31,472 bases of DNA, taken from positions 1 to 31,472 of IMG/VR virus record IMGVR_UViG_3300037424_001374; one strand, written 5' to 3'. This document shows, piece after piece, positions 6,224 through 15,981 of the stretch. Within the stretch, counting starts at the first letter, position 1; each line of letters starts with the position of its first letter. The DNA is from a virus (lineage: Duplodnaviria; Caudoviricetes). The notes beneath the pieces were generated by a model. It was given only the letters and a program-made list of their open reading frames with translations, made no database searches and was not told the DNA's origin. The translations under genes were made by a program, and so were the position numbers.

Positions 6224-7159
6224 TTATAGAGTAAATGCTACAACGAATTCTGGGAATGCAACTTGTACACCCATTTTCCATTTTGCTCTGAATCTTACTT
6301 CATCGTTATCTTCGCTGTAGAAGATTGCGAAATCTTCAGCATCAGAAAGAAGGTCAGTTCCAAAGTAGAAGTTTGCACCTCTTGATAAGAACATTTTGTT
6401 CTGAGAGTTAAGCCCTCTAACAGCTACAACTTTGATGTTTGTTCCAGGAATCATTTGAGAGAATCCATCTCCTAATTGATTTTCTGCACCAGTGTATGAG
6501 AACAAGTTAGCATTTCTAAGTGCAGTTGCCCACAATCTGTAGATGTCATAACCCATAAACAATACAAGGTCTTCTGAATCAATGATGTCAGCAGGAACAG
6601 CAGCAGCCATAGCATCAACAACAGCTATTACGTTAGCAGCAGTGATAGCTGTAACTGAACCTGTGTTACCAGCAACAGTTGAACCTGAAGCAGCAGTGTT
6701 TTCGAAAAGGTAAATGAAACCATCGCAAAGAGCAAGGTCACCTGAACCTGAATCTGTATTACCTTTCCAGATAATATCATCAATAAGTGCATTGATTTTT
6801 CCAGCTTTTTCTTCAGCGAAGATTTGCTCGAAAGGAATGTCTGTGTTGTATGAACCAGCATTCATCATTTTTTGAGTGTAGTAAGACTCAAGAGTGTCAA
6901 GACAGATTGCCTCGTTAATCTTAAGTGGACATACAGCCAAGTTTCTTTGTGAAAGTGCAGTAGTTCCTGCAGCATTCCATCCACAAGCCCCAGCCTGTGC
7001 ATCAAGAGTTGAATCAATTATGTTGATTGCAGCACTTGATTTAATGTCAGGTTGAACAGTGATGTACTGAAGTGTACGTCCACCTAAAACTGACTTTTTA
7101 ATAAGAGGCATTTTGTTCTCATCTGTGTAAGTACTTAGCCCTGATACGTTTAAACTCAT
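6224..7159 (-). CDS. Major capsid protein
   Basis: 311 aa downstream of protease and scaffold; IIWKGNT, CDGF, VRFRAKWKMGVQVAFP; followed by a strong terminator. Confidence 0.85.
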   Translation of the reverse strand: MSLNVSGLSTYTDENKMPLIKKSVLGGRTLQYITVQPDIKSSAAINIIDSTLDAQAGACGWNAAGTTALSQRNLAVCPLKINEAICLDTLESYYTQKMMNAGSYNTDIPFEQIFAEEKAGKINALIDDIIWKGNTDSGSGDLALCDGFIYLFENTAASGSTVAGNTGSVTAITAANVIAVVDAMAAAVPADIIDSEDLVLFMGYDIYRLWATALRNANLFSYTGAENQLGDGFSQMIPGTNIKVVAVRGLNSQNKMFLSRGANFYFGTDLLSDAEDFAIFYSEDNDEVRFRAKWKMGVQVAFPEFVVAFTL

Positions 7160-7193
7160 CTTTTAAAGTTTTTAGTTAATTAATATTTTGTTT

Positions 7194-7979
7194 TTATTTA
7201 GCGAAGAATTTTAGTTTCTCTTCTCTGTTTGCTTTTTTAAAGTCAACATTCTTTTTAGTTGGAACAGCTGATGGAGCTCCTGAGAACTTCTCTACCTGTG
7301 CCTTCAATGTTTCATTTTCTTCTTTCATTGAAGCGAAAGATGTCTCAAGCTCACCGATTTTTTCTACAAGCTCTCCTACTTTTCCTACCAATAATTCAAT
7401 TGCTGATTCTTCTGCTACAACTTCTGTAGTTTCATCAACAACTTCTACAGTATCTTCTACTACAACTGGAGCAACTGAAGCAATAACCCCATTCTCTCCA
7501 ACAACAATTGTTCTGTTGTCATTTGTATTGTACTCCCCTGGAGCAGCCTCAACACCATCAATCATCATTTTGTCTCCAGCATCAACTGAACCTTCTTTGG
7601 CAGTAATAATGTGTACAAGTGGACCATCTTTAAGAGTGATGTCCATAAATAATTCTGATGACATCTCTTCAACTGCTGGTTCCTCAACTGCTTCTGGAGC
7701 ATCTCCCTCAGCATCTTCTGGAGCAGACTCCTTAATTTCGTTAATGAATCCTGCTTCATCAACAGAAACAATAAATCCATCTTCTAATTCGTAGTCACCA
7801 GCTGGTGTATCTTTTCTTTCTCCGTTTTCGTCAAGAAGATAGAAAGTATCTCCTGTGTTAATTTGTCCTTCTACTGCAGTAACAATATGTGCAGCTGAAC
7901 CATCCATTAATTTAATGTTCATAAATTTTTCTTCCTTGAACATATCCTTAATTTTGGTAATTATGTTTTTCTTATTCAT
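7194..7979 (-). CDS. Capsid scaffolding-like protein with duplicated domain
   Basis: Acidic, C-terminal coiled coil, between protease and capsid genes; two internal repeats. Confidence 0.7.
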   Translation of the reverse strand: MNKKNIITKIKDMFKEEKFMNIKLMDGSAAHIVTAVEGQINTGDTFYLLDENGERKDTPAGDYELEDGFIVSVDEAGFINEIKESAPEDAEGDAPEAVEEPAVEEMSSELFMDITLKDGPLVHIITAKEGSVDAGDKMMIDGVEAAPGEYNTNDNRTIVVGENGVIASVAPVVVEDTVEVVDETTEVVAEESAIELLVGKVGELVEKIGELETSFASMKEENETLKAQVEKFSGAPSAVPTKKNVDFKKANREEKLKFFAK

Positions 7980-7994
7980 TGTTTCACAATTTAT

Positions 7995-8021
7995 TATAAA
8001 TATAAAATTAAAGTTTTTGTT
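7995..8021 (-). promoter_or_regulatory. Candidate late promoter AACAAAA-N11-ATATTTATA
   Basis: Exact motif match 15 nt upstream of the scaffold ATG. Confidence 0.7.
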
Positions 8022-8037
8022 TACTAAAAACTTGTAA

Positions 8038-8667
8038 TTACTTGATTCTCAAGATATTTGCTATTTTCTTTTCTTTCTCTTCATCAGAGATGTCTGAGAA
8101 GATTATGTCTTTAACTGTATTGTATAGTTCATTAACAAGTTCGTCATCATATACTTGGTCGAACACACCTTCAAGTGAGAATCCTGTGAACTCATCTTTC
8201 ATAATAACGTTGTTCCAATAATCTTCATCTTCAACAAAGAAGCTTGCCATCCAGGTTCCTTCTGGAAGGTCTGGGTATAGATTTGATGTAACTCTTTCTC
8301 CAACAATAAATGATTCAATAAGCATTACACCTTTCACCACTCTTTTTGAGTTGTGTTGTTCGTTAACTCTGTGGATTTTGTTTTGCTTGAAGTATTTCTT
8401 CATCATATTGAAGATTGTTTTGTCACTGAACTTGCAGTAGTAAGGCCCGATAAGGTCAGAGAATCTATAAATTGGTGTGTCTGCTAACATAACAGGTCCA
8501 GTAACAACTCTCTTTGTTTCATTCTTTAAAAATTTAAAGTGTTTATTTTCGCTATATTTGTTCCAAGCAAGTTCTGTTGCTGGTTTGGTTACAAATGATA
8601 TAGCATCAACTCCAGTATCCTGGTCATCGAAGTCTATTTCCAACCATATGATAGGTAAATTTTCCAT
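8038..8667 (-). CDS. XkdF-like putative prohead serine protease
   Basis: KRVVTGPVMLAD, NEQHN, IESFIV, LPEGTW and FTGFSLEG motifs. Confidence 0.82.
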   Translation of the reverse strand: MENLPIIWLEIDFDDQDTGVDAISFVTKPATELAWNKYSENKHFKFLKNETKRVVTGPVMLADTPIYRFSDLIGPYYCKFSDKTIFNMMKKYFKQNKIHRVNEQHNSKRVVKGVMLIESFIVGERVTSNLYPDLPEGTWMASFFVEDEDYWNNVIMKDEFTGFSLEGVFDQVYDDELVNELYNTVKDIIFSDISDEEKEKKIANILRIK

Positions 8668-8694
8668 AGTGTTTTTTTTGTTTTTATTATAAAT

Positions 8695-11448
8695 TTAGAA
8701 TTGAGCTGATTTCTCGATTCTGCTTATTTTCTTTTGTACATCTGTCATCTCACTTTCAACAACATAAGCTTTAACCATTGAAGGCTCTCTGTTCTCCTTG
8801 AATGTTGGATTATTAGTTCCAAGTCCACCTGGACCCTGAGAAGCAATCTCTGGAGCCAGCGATATTCCACCACCAGCTTGGTTGATTGTGCTAAGTAATT
8901 GCGGGAACATACGAGAACTTTCTGCATTTATTACAGTTTCTCCTGGAGCAAGAAAAGCATCAACTGAGTCAATATGACTTGGACCATTACCTGGAACAAT
9001 ACCACCACGTGCTCCCTGGAATTTCTGAGATGAAATTATTGCAATCTGAGCAACACCAAGAGCGCCAGCAATACCAGCCATAATTGGACCAAGTGCAATA
9101 CCAGCAATAGGAATTGCAGCAGCAGATGAGAATGCAGCAAGAACCGCTTGTGCAGTTTGCATTACAGCGTTTGTAATTTGAATTGCTTTATTTTGTTGGA
9201 ATGCTTTTTTCTTAGCATTTCTTTCCTTGTTTCTCTTATCCTGTTCAAGCAATTCTACTTGTTCATTGTATTGTGCCTCTGAAATCAATTTATTTGCATA
9301 CATTGCTTTAAGACCTTCTGAATCTTTTCTGTATTCTTCTTCTCTTTTTGCTGCAGCTGTTTCAGCTTGAGTATCAAATAATAATTGAAGTGTCTGAACA
9401 GTTTGATTTATAAGTCCAGAAAGACCATCAACCCATCCCTGCATTGCAGCGAAGAATCCTTCAATTGCTGTCTTACTCTCTTCCATTGTATCAGCACGCA
9501 ATCTCTCAATCTCAAGGAATGCTGTTTGGTTCATCTCTTGAATATCAGAAAGATACTGAGCCTCAATTTCTTTCTTCTTCTCATCAGTTAAACCTTTTTG
9601 CTGAATATCCTGTTCATATTGAGTTTGACGAAGCTGTCTTTCCTGTTCAACATTTGCTTTTATAGCATCAATCTCTCTTTGAAGGTAGTCTTGCTTTATC
9701 TTTAGAATCTTTTCTTGTTTCTGCTTTTCAGTAAGTTGTTCGTTATTATATATTTCAGCAAATAACAAGTCACGCTCTTTCTGGTAACGAACTTCAGAAA
9801 GCAATCTATTTGAGTTGATTAAATCTGTGTTCTCAGAAGTAAGCTCAGCCTCCATTTGGAATCTTTGATTAATCAATGCAATTTGTTCCAAGTGATTGGT
9901 CTTGTAAGCATCCATTAACTTTTGCTCCTCAGCAATAAGATTGTTGATTCCATTGTCAACAATAGATTGCCTTTGTTGCATAAATTGTTCCTCACTAATC
10001 TTAAGGTCCAAGAACTTTTGCTCAAGAGCTTTAATCTCTCTCTCTATAGCTCCATCAATTAATGCTTGCCTTTCTTCACCATAAGATAACTCTTGAAGTT
10101 CTAATTCTTTTTGTTGAAGGTTTTCTATACGACCAATTTCGATAGCTTCAAGTTCACTATTGGCAGCTTTTTGTCTTGCAATAATTTCATTGATTTCGTC
10201 AAGTAAATCTTTTCTTCTTTCTCTTGCTATTCTTTTTCTCTCTTCTTGAAGTTTTATCTCAGCATCTCTCATAGCAAGATTGTAGTCCAATCCAACAGAT
10301 GTTAGGTCAGCATACATCTCACTGTTTAATGTTCCGTTATGTAATCTAAGTGCAGCAAGTTCATCTTCAAGTGCATTTTTGTCTCTACGAACTTGATTCA
10401 TTGTTTGAACAATCTCATTCCATTTCTCTACATCATCCTCTACTTTTTTTGATTGCTCATCAAGTTTGTTCCAAGTAATAATTGTTTGAGTTAATTGTTC
10501 TTCTTTATTTTTTATAGTCTCTTCAACAGCTTCTTTTTCAAGCTTTGTTGATTCTTTAATGTTATTAACATCAAAGTCATAAAGCTGTTTTTTGATTTGT
10601 TGAATTCTTTCTGAATTTTCTTTTGTTTTTTCTGGAATTAATTCAAGCATCTTAAGCTCCTGTTCAATAATCTTCCTTTGATTAGCTTGCTGAATTTCAA
10701 ACTCTTTCATTGCTTTGTTGGAATACAATGACTGTAAGTTTGATACTCTATTTAATTCATACAATTGTTTCTCAAGAGATTTATTAAGCTGTTCTGCTTT
10801 TTCTGCAGCATCTTCTTCAGCTCCACTAAACAAAGCAAGGGCACCAATAAGAGCACCAATACCAGCAACAATTAAAAGTACAGGGTTGGCTGACATAACA
10901 GCATTAAGTATTCTCATCCCAACTGCAGCAATTTTAGCAGATACACCAGTACCTGTTTGTGCAACAGCCAGTGCTGCTTGCCAAGCTGATAATGTTTTTG
11001 TAATTGTACCAGTTAACTTCATCATTGATGAATAACCTTCCATTGCTCCAGTTACAATCTTTGAAATACCTTCGACTTTGGCCATTGTTTGAACAACCTG
11101 CTCCATTGATTGAGATGATACTCCAACCAACGTAAAACCTGCAGCCATATCTGTAAGTCCACCAGCAACTGATTTAATCTCAGATGCTACTTGTTCGTGG
11201 TCCAATGCTTCAAGTGCAAGCTCCTGGTTCTTAAGTTCAGTGTTTACTTTAATTAACTCCTTGGATAGTTTTTGATATTCTTCAGTACCAACCTCAGTAT
11301 CCTTCAAAGCTTCATTAATAGCTTGTGAAGCTTCCTCCATCTCACGCATTGTTGTGAGTGTGGTTTTTACTTCAGTGTTAACATCACCAATTGACTTAAC
11401 ACCATCTTTGGTATTAATCTTTAAATCTATAATTACGTTCTTGGCCAT
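8695..11448 (-). CDS. Tail tape measure protein
   Basis: 917 aa, long coiled coil, Ala/Gly hydrophobic segments (ANPVLLIVAGIGALIGAL), C-terminal GG.VPG..DSV.A.L.PGE.VIN motif. Confidence 0.85.
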   Translation of the reverse strand: MAKNVIIDLKINTKDGVKSIGDVNTEVKTTLTTMREMEEASQAINEALKDTEVGTEEYQKLSKELIKVNTELKNQELALEALDHEQVASEIKSVAGGLTDMAAGFTLVGVSSQSMEQVVQTMAKVEGISKIVTGAMEGYSSMMKLTGTITKTLSAWQAALAVAQTGTGVSAKIAAVGMRILNAVMSANPVLLIVAGIGALIGALALFSGAEEDAAEKAEQLNKSLEKQLYELNRVSNLQSLYSNKAMKEFEIQQANQRKIIEQELKMLELIPEKTKENSERIQQIKKQLYDFDVNNIKESTKLEKEAVEETIKNKEEQLTQTIITWNKLDEQSKKVEDDVEKWNEIVQTMNQVRRDKNALEDELAALRLHNGTLNSEMYADLTSVGLDYNLAMRDAEIKLQEERKRIARERRKDLLDEINEIIARQKAANSELEAIEIGRIENLQQKELELQELSYGEERQALIDGAIEREIKALEQKFLDLKISEEQFMQQRQSIVDNGINNLIAEEQKLMDAYKTNHLEQIALINQRFQMEAELTSENTDLINSNRLLSEVRYQKERDLLFAEIYNNEQLTEKQKQEKILKIKQDYLQREIDAIKANVEQERQLRQTQYEQDIQQKGLTDEKKKEIEAQYLSDIQEMNQTAFLEIERLRADTMEESKTAIEGFFAAMQGWVDGLSGLINQTVQTLQLLFDTQAETAAAKREEEYRKDSEGLKAMYANKLISEAQYNEQVELLEQDKRNKERNAKKKAFQQNKAIQITNAVMQTAQAVLAAFSSAAAIPIAGIALGPIMAGIAGALGVAQIAIISSQKFQGARGGIVPGNGPSHIDSVDAFLAPGETVINAESSRMFPQLLSTINQAGGGISLAPEIASQGPGGLGTNNPTFKENREPSMVKAYVVESEMTDVQKKISRIEKSAQF

Positions 11449-11461
11449 CTAATATCTTTAT

Positions 11462-11488
11462 TATAAATATTAATTATATGGTTCTGTT
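11462..11488 (-). promoter_or_regulatory. Candidate late promoter AACAGAA-N11-ATATTTATA
   Basis: One mismatch to the recurring motif; upstream of the tape measure gene. Confidence 0.6.
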
Positions 11489-12052
11489 TCCAAGAAATAT
11501 TATCTTGAGTCCAGCAGCCCCCGTTCCAGCTGTATCTATATCAACAGTGAATGTTCCGTATTGAGTTATAGCAGATGTAGAAGATGTGGTTGCAGAATAA
11601 TATTCTCCAGATGGAATTGTAAGTTCAGTTGATAGAACAGATGCTCCACCATAATTAACATCTACAACACAATCAGTTGAACCAGTTGTAGTTAAACTTG
11701 CGGTAATCCCAGTTAGTGTAAAAGTAGCTGGCGAAATAAATGTAACCTTTGAAGTACCAGTTGTTAATGCAGTTGTTTCATCAGAAGCAGCAACAACCAA
11801 ATCATAAGGCATTGAAGTTGGAATGTTTCCAGTAAATGAAATTTCATAATCATTTGTTATGGCAATGTTTGTTCCACCAGTTAGTGTTACATCCAAGCTT
11901 GAGTATGTAAGCCCAGTCCAGTAAGTAACACCATCACCTATCTTATATTTGTTTGTATCAGTTTCTAAAGCAAATTCTCTCTCAGCCAGTATAGGGTTTA
12001 CACTGGCCCAGTTAGCTGCTGTATCTCCACGAAGTTGTATTCTTGTTGCCAT
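11474..12052 (-). CDS. Tail fibre or appendage protein with Mtd/hyaluronidase-type N-terminal domain
   Basis: RIQLRGDTAANWASVNPILAEREFALETDTNKYKIGDG is the common fibre-attachment motif. Confidence 0.8.
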   Translation of the reverse strand: MATRIQLRGDTAANWASVNPILAEREFALETDTNKYKIGDGVTYWTGLTYSSLDVTLTGGTNIAITNDYEISFTGNIPTSMPYDLVVAASDETTALTTGTSKVTFISPATFTLTGITASLTTTGSTDCVVDVNYGGASVLSTELTIPSGEYYSATTSSTSAITQYGTFTVDIDTAGTGAAGLKIIFLGNRTI

Positions 12053-12074
12053 TTCTTTTTATTATAAATATAAA

Positions 12075-12362
12075 TTAACTTGATGCGTTTCCACCATCTA
12101 CGTTTAAGTCCAGAACAATTGAAGCTGCAGTTCCACCATCAATGTTTCCACCCCCAGCTATTGATGATAAGTCAACAGAATATGCTGCAGGTAAATCTGT
12201 TCTGTCAAATGTCACAACAGTGCCAGATAGAGTTGCTCCAGTTGTATAGTAATTATCTCCAGTGGCTCCAGTTAAATTAACAATGGAAACAAGTAGGTTC
12301 CCATCATTGTCAAGTTGAACGTTCTTGAAGAAATCGAATTGGTCATTTATCTCTATTGCCAT
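12075..12362 (-). CDS. Small tail appendage protein
   Basis: Shares segments with 12367-12549 and 14836-15933; IDGG/VDGG motifs. Confidence 0.65.
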   Translation of the reverse strand: MAIEINDQFDFFKNVQLDNDGNLLVSIVNLTGATGDNYYTTGATLSGTVVTFDRTDLPAAYSVDLSSIAGGGNIDGGTAASIVLDLNVDGGNASS

Positions 12363-12366
12363 TGTT

Positions 12367-12549
12367 TTACGGTTTTTCTGTTATAACCAATCTTCCTTCT
12401 AAGTCTAATTTTAGAACCAAGAAGGTTTGATATTGGTCCAAGCCATCTTCATTTGGTGCAACATATGTTTCAAGCTTGCACTCAACATATCCTTCATCTG
12501 TAAGTTTTACATTATTGAAGAAGTTATATTGATTTATTATTGTGTTCAT
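12367..12549 (-). CDS. Small hypothetical protein with internal repeat
   Basis: NQYNFFNNVKLTDEGYV and DQYQTFLVLKLDLEGRL. Confidence 0.65.
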   Translation of the reverse strand: MNTIINQYNFFNNVKLTDEGYVECKLETYVAPNEDGLDQYQTFLVLKLDLEGRLVITEKP

Positions 12550-13280
12550 TATAAGTAGTATATTATTCTTATTAAACCATTAGCTCCATTACCACCACTA
12601 CAATTAGTTCTGTTGTATGAAGAACCACCACCTCCACCAGCTCCATATGCATTACCTGGATTTCCATTATTAAATGTATCAACTGGAGATGCAGTTGCTC
12701 CACCAGAACCACCAGAACCACCAAACTCATCATTACCAACTGAACCTGAAGCCGCTCCTGTAGAACCTGCTCCACCACCACCTGCCCCACCAGGAAGTCC
12801 ACAATCAGATGTACAACCATTTCCACCATTTCCACCAGCATATTTAATATCACCAACTGAAAGAGATGTAAGTCCACCAATTCCACCCGAACCTTGAGCA
12901 GATGGAGATTGACCACCAGATGCTCTACAATATACTGTTACACCAGAAGAGATGGTTGTGGTTCCACCACTTGTACCCTCAACTGTTGAACCTTGTCCGA
13001 CAGATAAAGAAAATTGATTTCCAGATTGAGGAGAATAAATTGTAGTTTTAGCATAAGCACCACCACCACCACCAGGATAACTCTCCTGCATATTTGTTGG
13101 TGCTCTGTCTCCAAAACCCTTTCCACCACCACCCCAAGTTTCAAAAGTCATATATGAAATACCTTCAAATGGAACTGTAAATGTTGTAGATGTTCCTGAA
13201 TAAATGTATTCCACATAATCATATCCTCTATAACCAGGGATTACTCCAGAGCTAATTAAACCATTTCTTATAATACCCAT
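12549..13280 (-). CDS. Glycine-rich tail appendage protein
   Basis: TFTVP..WGGGGKG..GGGGGAY..GGNGANGLIRIIY pattern of phage Gly-rich domains. Confidence 0.8.
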   Translation of the reverse strand: MGIIRNGLISSGVIPGYRGYDYVEYIYSGTSTTFTVPFEGISYMTFETWGGGGKGFGDRAPTNMQESYPGGGGGAYAKTTIYSPQSGNQFSLSVGQGSTVEGTSGGTTTISSGVTVYCRASGGQSPSAQGSGGIGGLTSLSVGDIKYAGGNGGNGCTSDCGLPGGAGGGGAGSTGAASGSVGNDEFGGSGGSGGATASPVDTFNNGNPGNAYGAGGGGGSSYNRTNCSGGNGANGLIRIIYYL

Positions 13281-13897
13281 TATCTTATATATTTTTCAAA
13301 CAGAGTTGGAAATGTTGCTTTAAAAAAGCTCTCCCACTCTTTATGTTCTTGTTCTGTTAATATGTTTGCGTGAAATATTTTTAATTCACCCATTGTTACT
13401 GGACCCATTGGTTTGTATATATTTAAACCAATATCTCTCATCTCTTTAATAGAGTATTCATTTAACCATTCCTCTTCAAGAAATTCTACAACATCTTTAA
13501 GAACTCCAATTAATTTTTCATCATCAATTAAATCTTCATATCTAACAAGCATCTTTGGTCCTGCAAATGATTCATAGAAATTGAAGTTATCAATATAGGA
13601 AGTTCCTATTCCACGACCATTAATGCATCTCTTAATCAATCTTAAATCACTTGTACTATTCTGTCTAATCAAACATTCTTTATAGTTCCTTACAATTAAT
13701 ATTAACTTATCAGCTGTGCGAACAGTATTGTCAATATGATGCCTCTTAACCAAGATTGTTTCTGATTTAGGATTATGTAATGCACCACCAATTGATTGTG
13801 TTCTTGAATATCCAACCGTTGACTTTCCAGTTATCATCTCAACACAACTTCTTAGGAATGTATTCCCACATCTTGGATATGACAATAAGACAGTCAT
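13280..13897 (-). CDS. Sulfotransferase-domain protein
   Basis: 5'-PSB loop LLSYPRCGNTFLR, 3'-PB-like LIVRNYKECLI, and VRYEDL. Confidence 0.8.
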   Translation of the reverse strand: MTVLLSYPRCGNTFLRSCVEMITGKSTVGYSRTQSIGGALHNPKSETILVKRHHIDNTVRTADKLILIVRNYKECLIRQNSTSDLRLIKRCINGRGIGTSYIDNFNFYESFAGPKMLVRYEDLIDDEKLIGVLKDVVEFLEEEWLNEYSIKEMRDIGLNIYKPMGPVTMGELKIFHANILTEQEHKEWESFFKATFPTLFEKYIR

Positions 13898-14104
13898 TTA
13901 ATCTTCGTATTGAATTGTTAAAGTATATGTGAACGTGTTATCACCATTGTCAATAGAACTTCCAACAGAACTGATTATTTGAACCCCTGGGTTATCTTCC
14001 TTGAATCCAGCCTTTAACTCAAAATCAATGAATACATCATCTTCTTGATAGTTAGCTATAAGCTCTTCTTGTGTATATATTCTTGTTAGTATTGCCTCCA
14101 TCAT
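13898..14104 (-). CDS. Hypothetical protein
   Basis: 68-aa acidic ORF abutting its neighbours. Confidence 0.65.
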   Translation of the reverse strand: MMEAILTRIYTQEELIANYQEDDVFIDFELKAGFKEDNPGVQIISSVGSSIDNGDNTFTYTLTIQYED

Positions 14105-14112
14105 TATTATTT

Positions 14113-14817
14113 TTAAGGTGTATCAAGTGGACACGCTGAAGCTGAGCCACCTGCCGCAAGGTCACCAATTTCTGCATCAGTTAATTTCCTTTGCCATATA
14201 GAGAAGTCATCAATTTGACCATTCCAATATCCATTATTTGCGTGGTTTCTTCCTATCCTTAAATTGCCAGTTGTTGCAAGTGATTTTGAGCCAACTGCCG
14301 CTGTTCCTTGTGACACACCGTCCAACCAATACTCAACCAAATTTGAACCATCATATGTCATTGCAACGTGATAGGTAATACCAGTTGCATATGTTGCTGA
14401 AACAGAGTTATTGGTTCCAGCAATTGTTCCAGCTAAATTTGAACCATCCATATAAAATCTCCATCCATCTGAAGCAGAACTTCTGCAAGATGCAATGTGA
14501 GTTGGACCTGCGAAGTTTGGTGAGTTTATCCAGCAGGCAACAGTAATTGTATTTGCAGAACCTTCAAACTCATTATGCGAACCACAATCAATAAATGAAG
14601 ATGTTCCATTAAAATCAGCACCATCACCAAAGTTTGAGTTTACATCAGATGCTCCATAACTCATATCTGTATCGGTTCCATTAAAACTATTTCCAGACGA
14701 GTCAGATGAATCACCATCCATCTTATAGTAACCACCAAGATTCAAAAGTGATATGATGTTTCCAGAACAACCTCCAGCTGAAGTGGCATATATGAAAGGA
14801 TTAATTAAGAATGACAT
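14113..14817 (-). CDS. LamG/concanavalin A-like lectin domain protein
   Basis: GYYKMDG, ITVACWI, YHVAMTYDG, WLDGV, LRIGR, WNGQIDDFSIWQRKLT. Confidence 0.9.
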   Translation of the reverse strand: MSFLINPFIYATSAGGCSGNIISLLNLGGYYKMDGDSSDSSGNSFNGTDTDMSYGASDVNSNFGDGADFNGTSSFIDCGSHNEFEGSANTITVACWINSPNFAGPTHIASCRSSASDGWRFYMDGSNLAGTIAGTNNSVSATYATGITYHVAMTYDGSNLVEYWLDGVSQGTAAVGSKSLATTGNLRIGRNHANNGYWNGQIDDFSIWQRKLTDAEIGDLAAGGSASACPLDTP

Positions 14818-14835
14818 ATTTATAAATTTATAATT

Positions 14836-15933
14836 TTAAACCCTTAAACCTGTTATGTATATTTTTGCTCCAGCACTTCCTGTTCCTGCAGACAAAATAT
14901 CAACTGTCAATTTATCAAACTCAGCAACAGAAGGGCTTGAAACAGTTGGTTGAGTTGATGCATCTGAAGAGTGAAACTCATTAGCATCAATTGTTAGTTT
15001 TGTTGAAAATATTGATGCTCCATTATTCTCAATATCAAACTCACTGCCAGTTGAACCACTTGATGAAAGTGATGCATATACATTTCTAATAGTCATTGCA
15101 TATGGTGCATAGAATGTAAGTTTTGTATTTCCAGTTGTAATTTGAGTTGTCTCATCACTGATTGCAAAACTGAAATCACAAGGAGTTCCAACTAAATTTC
15201 CTGCAACATTAACATTGTTGAAATAAGCTGTATCATTTGCAGATGCTGTTAAATCAACGCCAGATACAAATACATTTCTTAAACCAGATGATATTGTATT
15301 ACCAGAACCTGCGACAATTGCTGAATTGGTTACACCAGTCTCAACAAGATTTCCTGAATAATCAAAGTAATCTCTTGATGTTGCTCCTGAATTAAGAATA
15401 GATACAGTTGTTGCTGATAGTTCCCCCATTGATGTATTTCCAGTTACTGTTACAATTGAGGAAGAAGTTGTTCCTGTTACAACATTACCAAAAATATCAA
15501 GACCAAGGTTTATCCTTGGGGTACCAGAACCAATTGATGATAAGTTCAAGCTTGTACCAGATAAACCACCTGTAAGTGAACCGCCTGAAAGTGGAAGGTA
15601 GTCGCCACCTGTTAACCCAGTCAATGAACTAAGGTCTATTGAGTATGCGTCAAGCGTATCGTTTCTATCAAATATAAGTGTGTTACCAGAAAGGTAAACA
15701 TAATCAGTATAATAGTTATCAGAAGAAACCCCTGACATTGCAACCTCAACGATTCCATTATCTGTTCTAAACCAGAACTTGTCATCAGCAATGTTTATAA
15801 AACCCTCACCAACTAACAAGTCAGTATCCAACCAAGTGTTATCAATTGTGTCTCCAGTAGGAACTGTTGGCTCTACTCCAGTAACGCCTGAACGTTTAAA
15901 TACCAGTCTGGAATACTCTATCTTATTTGCCAT
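14836..15933 (-). CDS. Tail fibre protein
   Basis: LLVGEGFINIADDKFWFR attachment motif, YLPLSGGSLTGGL, Ser/Thr/Gly-rich. Confidence 0.75.
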   Translation of the reverse strand: MANKIEYSRLVFKRSGVTGVEPTVPTGDTIDNTWLDTDLLVGEGFINIADDKFWFRTDNGIVEVAMSGVSSDNYYTDYVYLSGNTLIFDRNDTLDAYSIDLSSLTGLTGGDYLPLSGGSLTGGLSGTSLNLSSIGSGTPRINLGLDIFGNVVTGTTSSSIVTVTGNTSMGELSATTVSILNSGATSRDYFDYSGNLVETGVTNSAIVAGSGNTISSGLRNVFVSGVDLTASANDTAYFNNVNVAGNLVGTPCDFSFAISDETTQITTGNTKLTFYAPYAMTIRNVYASLSSSGSTGSEFDIENNGASIFSTKLTIDANEFHSSDASTQPTVSSPSVAEFDKLTVDILSAGTGSAGAKIYITGLRV

Positions 15934-15949
15934 ATCTTATTTCTTTTGT

Positions 15950-15976
15950 TATAAATATATTTTTTTAACTTTTGTT
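15950..15976 (-). promoter_or_regulatory. Candidate late promoter AACAAAA-N11-ATATTTATA
   Basis: Exact motif match upstream of the tail fibre gene. Confidence 0.7.
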
Positions 15977-15981
15977 TTTTA

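Noticed and set aside
11474-12052. Diversity-generating retroelement target (Mtd-like N-terminus)
   Set aside because: No reverse transcriptase and no template/variable repeat pair differing at adenines was seen
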